Shown: positions 61,902 through 64,000 of the stretch, piece by piece | Layout of the letters: the number at the start of each line of letters is the position of its first letter | Numbering within the stretch: position 1 is the first letter of the stretch | NCBI GenBank assembly: GCA_030141605.1 | Contig: JAQGDQ010000182.1 | Location: 1-64,000 of the forward strand | Source of the DNA: Tubiluchus corallicola | Taxonomy: Eukaryota; Animalia; Priapulida | Reading direction: 5' to 3' | Length of the DNA stretch: 64,000 nt | The notes under the pieces: generated by a model | Told to the model about the DNA's origin: nothing | The model's input: only the letters and a program-made list of their open reading frames with translations | The model's database searches: none | Made by a program: the position numbers and the translations under genes

Positions 61902-64000
61902 TTCAGTAAAGGGGCTATTATTACCAATGGTGTAACATTAGCTTAACTGAAACGTTGTTGCAAGTAAGTTTTGGAATTAATACCCATGTCTAGGTTGCTG
62001 ACTAACAGCCTATCTAATTGACGTGTAACTGCATTGGCGCAGATCGTTTTCGGGCCTGCAAAATTTGAGAGCTTGTTTACGGCTGCGTAGGGCTTCCAGC
62101 GAGTCACCGAGGAGAACGCGAGCTTCTCTAATGCTGAGCGCAACCGAATCACGGAAACAGTTTGTCTCTAAACGCTCTCTCGACTGTTTACGGTATCTAT
62201 AATAGTCGTGCGCACGAAACATATAGTTTACAGATTGGCAAAGTGATGTCAGTTATGCAGCCAAAATCAATTAAGCACGGGCGACACATTTAGACATTTC
62301 CTTTTGGGTTTCCTCTTTTGTCCCGTGCCATGCGTAATTAGTGTTTCATCGATTGCTGATGAGTGAATATGCGGAATCTTGACCATCGAGAGCACCTCCT
62401 CTCATCGTGGTGTTGAATTACCAGAGACTGCGACAGTAACAGTGATATTCAGTTTCAGGTGAAATATTAAAACATAGCGTGCGTGGCCGCTTAGAACTTC
62501 TGGGAAACCAGGCACAGTTTCAAGAAAATTATTCAGGTTTTTCTTCATCGTTTTTATGCGTATCATTGTGAACTAATTTGTCGAAACAGCATTGGTCTTG
62601 GAAACAGTTTAAGTGAGTTCAAAATGATTTTAGTATGGAACTTATTGACAATTTGTTTTACTTTATTGGGTATTTTGAGAACTTTTGAAGATTAGTTTCA
62701 TTGAAGCAATTTAGGTTCTCGTTTGCTGATAATGACTGTATCAGTTTGTAAGTGAGAGCTGTTCAGCGTGTTTTAGAATTTTTGGGAATAAACGATTTAG
62801 TTTATCCAATCCCCAAAAAAATGTTATTCCATAATTTCACGATATAAAACAGGTTTTGAGAGTTTTTGGGAATAGAGTGCAAAAAGACTTAATGTCATTA
62901 AAATTTCAGAAACAACAATTAGCTTGGTGACTTTAAGCACTTTCGAGAATTAGTTTCAAGTTTTTTTAAAGGAATGGCCTCAAACACTGAATAGCCAATC
63001 AGTTCGTAGTAGTTGCAGTTTTCAGGGAAACATTCTTTCTGCTAGAGAAATGAGAGAGAAAATTCTGGCAAGGAAGCCTTAGGAAAAAAGTCCTAAGCGT
63101 TTGTTCTGTAAGCTATTTAGACTCGCATCTACCAAGCAACAAATGATCATATAATTCTGGATTTGAACACTGTTGGAATTGTTGAAAAAAAATTTCAGGG
63201 GGTTAATCTCCAAGCTGGTAGCAAGTTAGATTTTTATTATTCTCATCATCACGTATTATGTTGCAAAGACATCTTTTATATATGATTAATTTGAAGTGAC
63301 TGCACTCGACAGTTGGAAACGGATTTTGATGTAGCATTACTTGAGCTTGAAGTGAATTATAGGTCGACGTTTATTAACTAGTTACTATTTTATCTGGATT
63401 AATCGTCCACTGAATGTTGCCCTACTACAGCACAGTTGTTCAGAAATCAACTTCGCTCTTGTAAATACTAAAACGTTGTCAATGATTTTCCCTAGTTTCA
63501 GCAGTCATCACCATTAATTCTGAACTGTCAGTTGTGACGTTAGGAGCGTCTTTTTGCTGGGAGTTTAATGCTCACTGAGATAAACAAGCCCCATTAACGT
63601 TACATAAGCCGACAGCCTCCAGAATTCTGGAAAATAATCCGGTAACGGGTTTCAGAGGTTGACATTTTGCTGTTTTACAGGTTGTAATGATACAGCTTTT
63701 ATCTTGTTTTAAAGTTTAGATCGATATTGATTTCAAATCAATAGATTATTATTATATCCGAGTAAATAAGTTTATTTAACACTGCTGAAAATTTTTAATT
63801 TAAGCCAACATCTTTTTGCGCAAAATCGAAAAAGAATTCTGTGTACCCAACGTGAAAATCTTACCATACATAAACCCGAATCCTTGATGAAAATCAACGC
63901 TGTAATTATACTAGTAAACAACACTGTATATGGCGGCATAAAATTTATTTTAAAAGATGGTTGATTATATGGCTTACATAAATAGCGTAGCTCTTGAACG

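Noticed and set aside
63204-63235. TAATCTCCAAGCTGG resembling miR-216
   Set aside because: No complementary 3' arm at pre-miRNA distance.

Overview
Eukaryotic, AT-rich, intron-containing DNA that looks like an invertebrate animal genome; the species cannot be read from the sequence. Four protein-coding genes were reconstructed by hand from splice sites and reading frames. (1) A complete 14-exon CNOT10 (CCR4-NOT subunit 10), + strand, CDS 3798-17821, 685 aa. (2) A gene with an intron-free CDS encoding a single-domain rhodanese-like protein, + strand, 19911-20486, which resembles a family I know mainly from bacteria. (3, 4) Two tandem 5-exon SDR16C-family (epidermal retinol dehydrogenase 2-like) paralogs on the - strand, 23397-30266 and 32076-36512. 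A decayed Ty3/Gypsy pol lies at about 0.7-3.0 kb. Introns and the ~27 kb gene-poor right half hold MITEs (including a three-level nest in CNOT10 intron 12), LINE and SINE remnants, and many microsatellites. The most notable leads are the rhodanese (possible horizontal or retroposed origin), a hAT-like element carrying an unusual transposase N-terminus, a cryptic 24-bp (8-codon) repeat array at 52.8-53.6 kb, a likely gene-conversion tract between the SDR paralogs, candidate alternative CNOT10 splicing, and a possible spliced non-coding transcript. I found no clearly new multi-gene system. Homologies are from memory; no database search was run.
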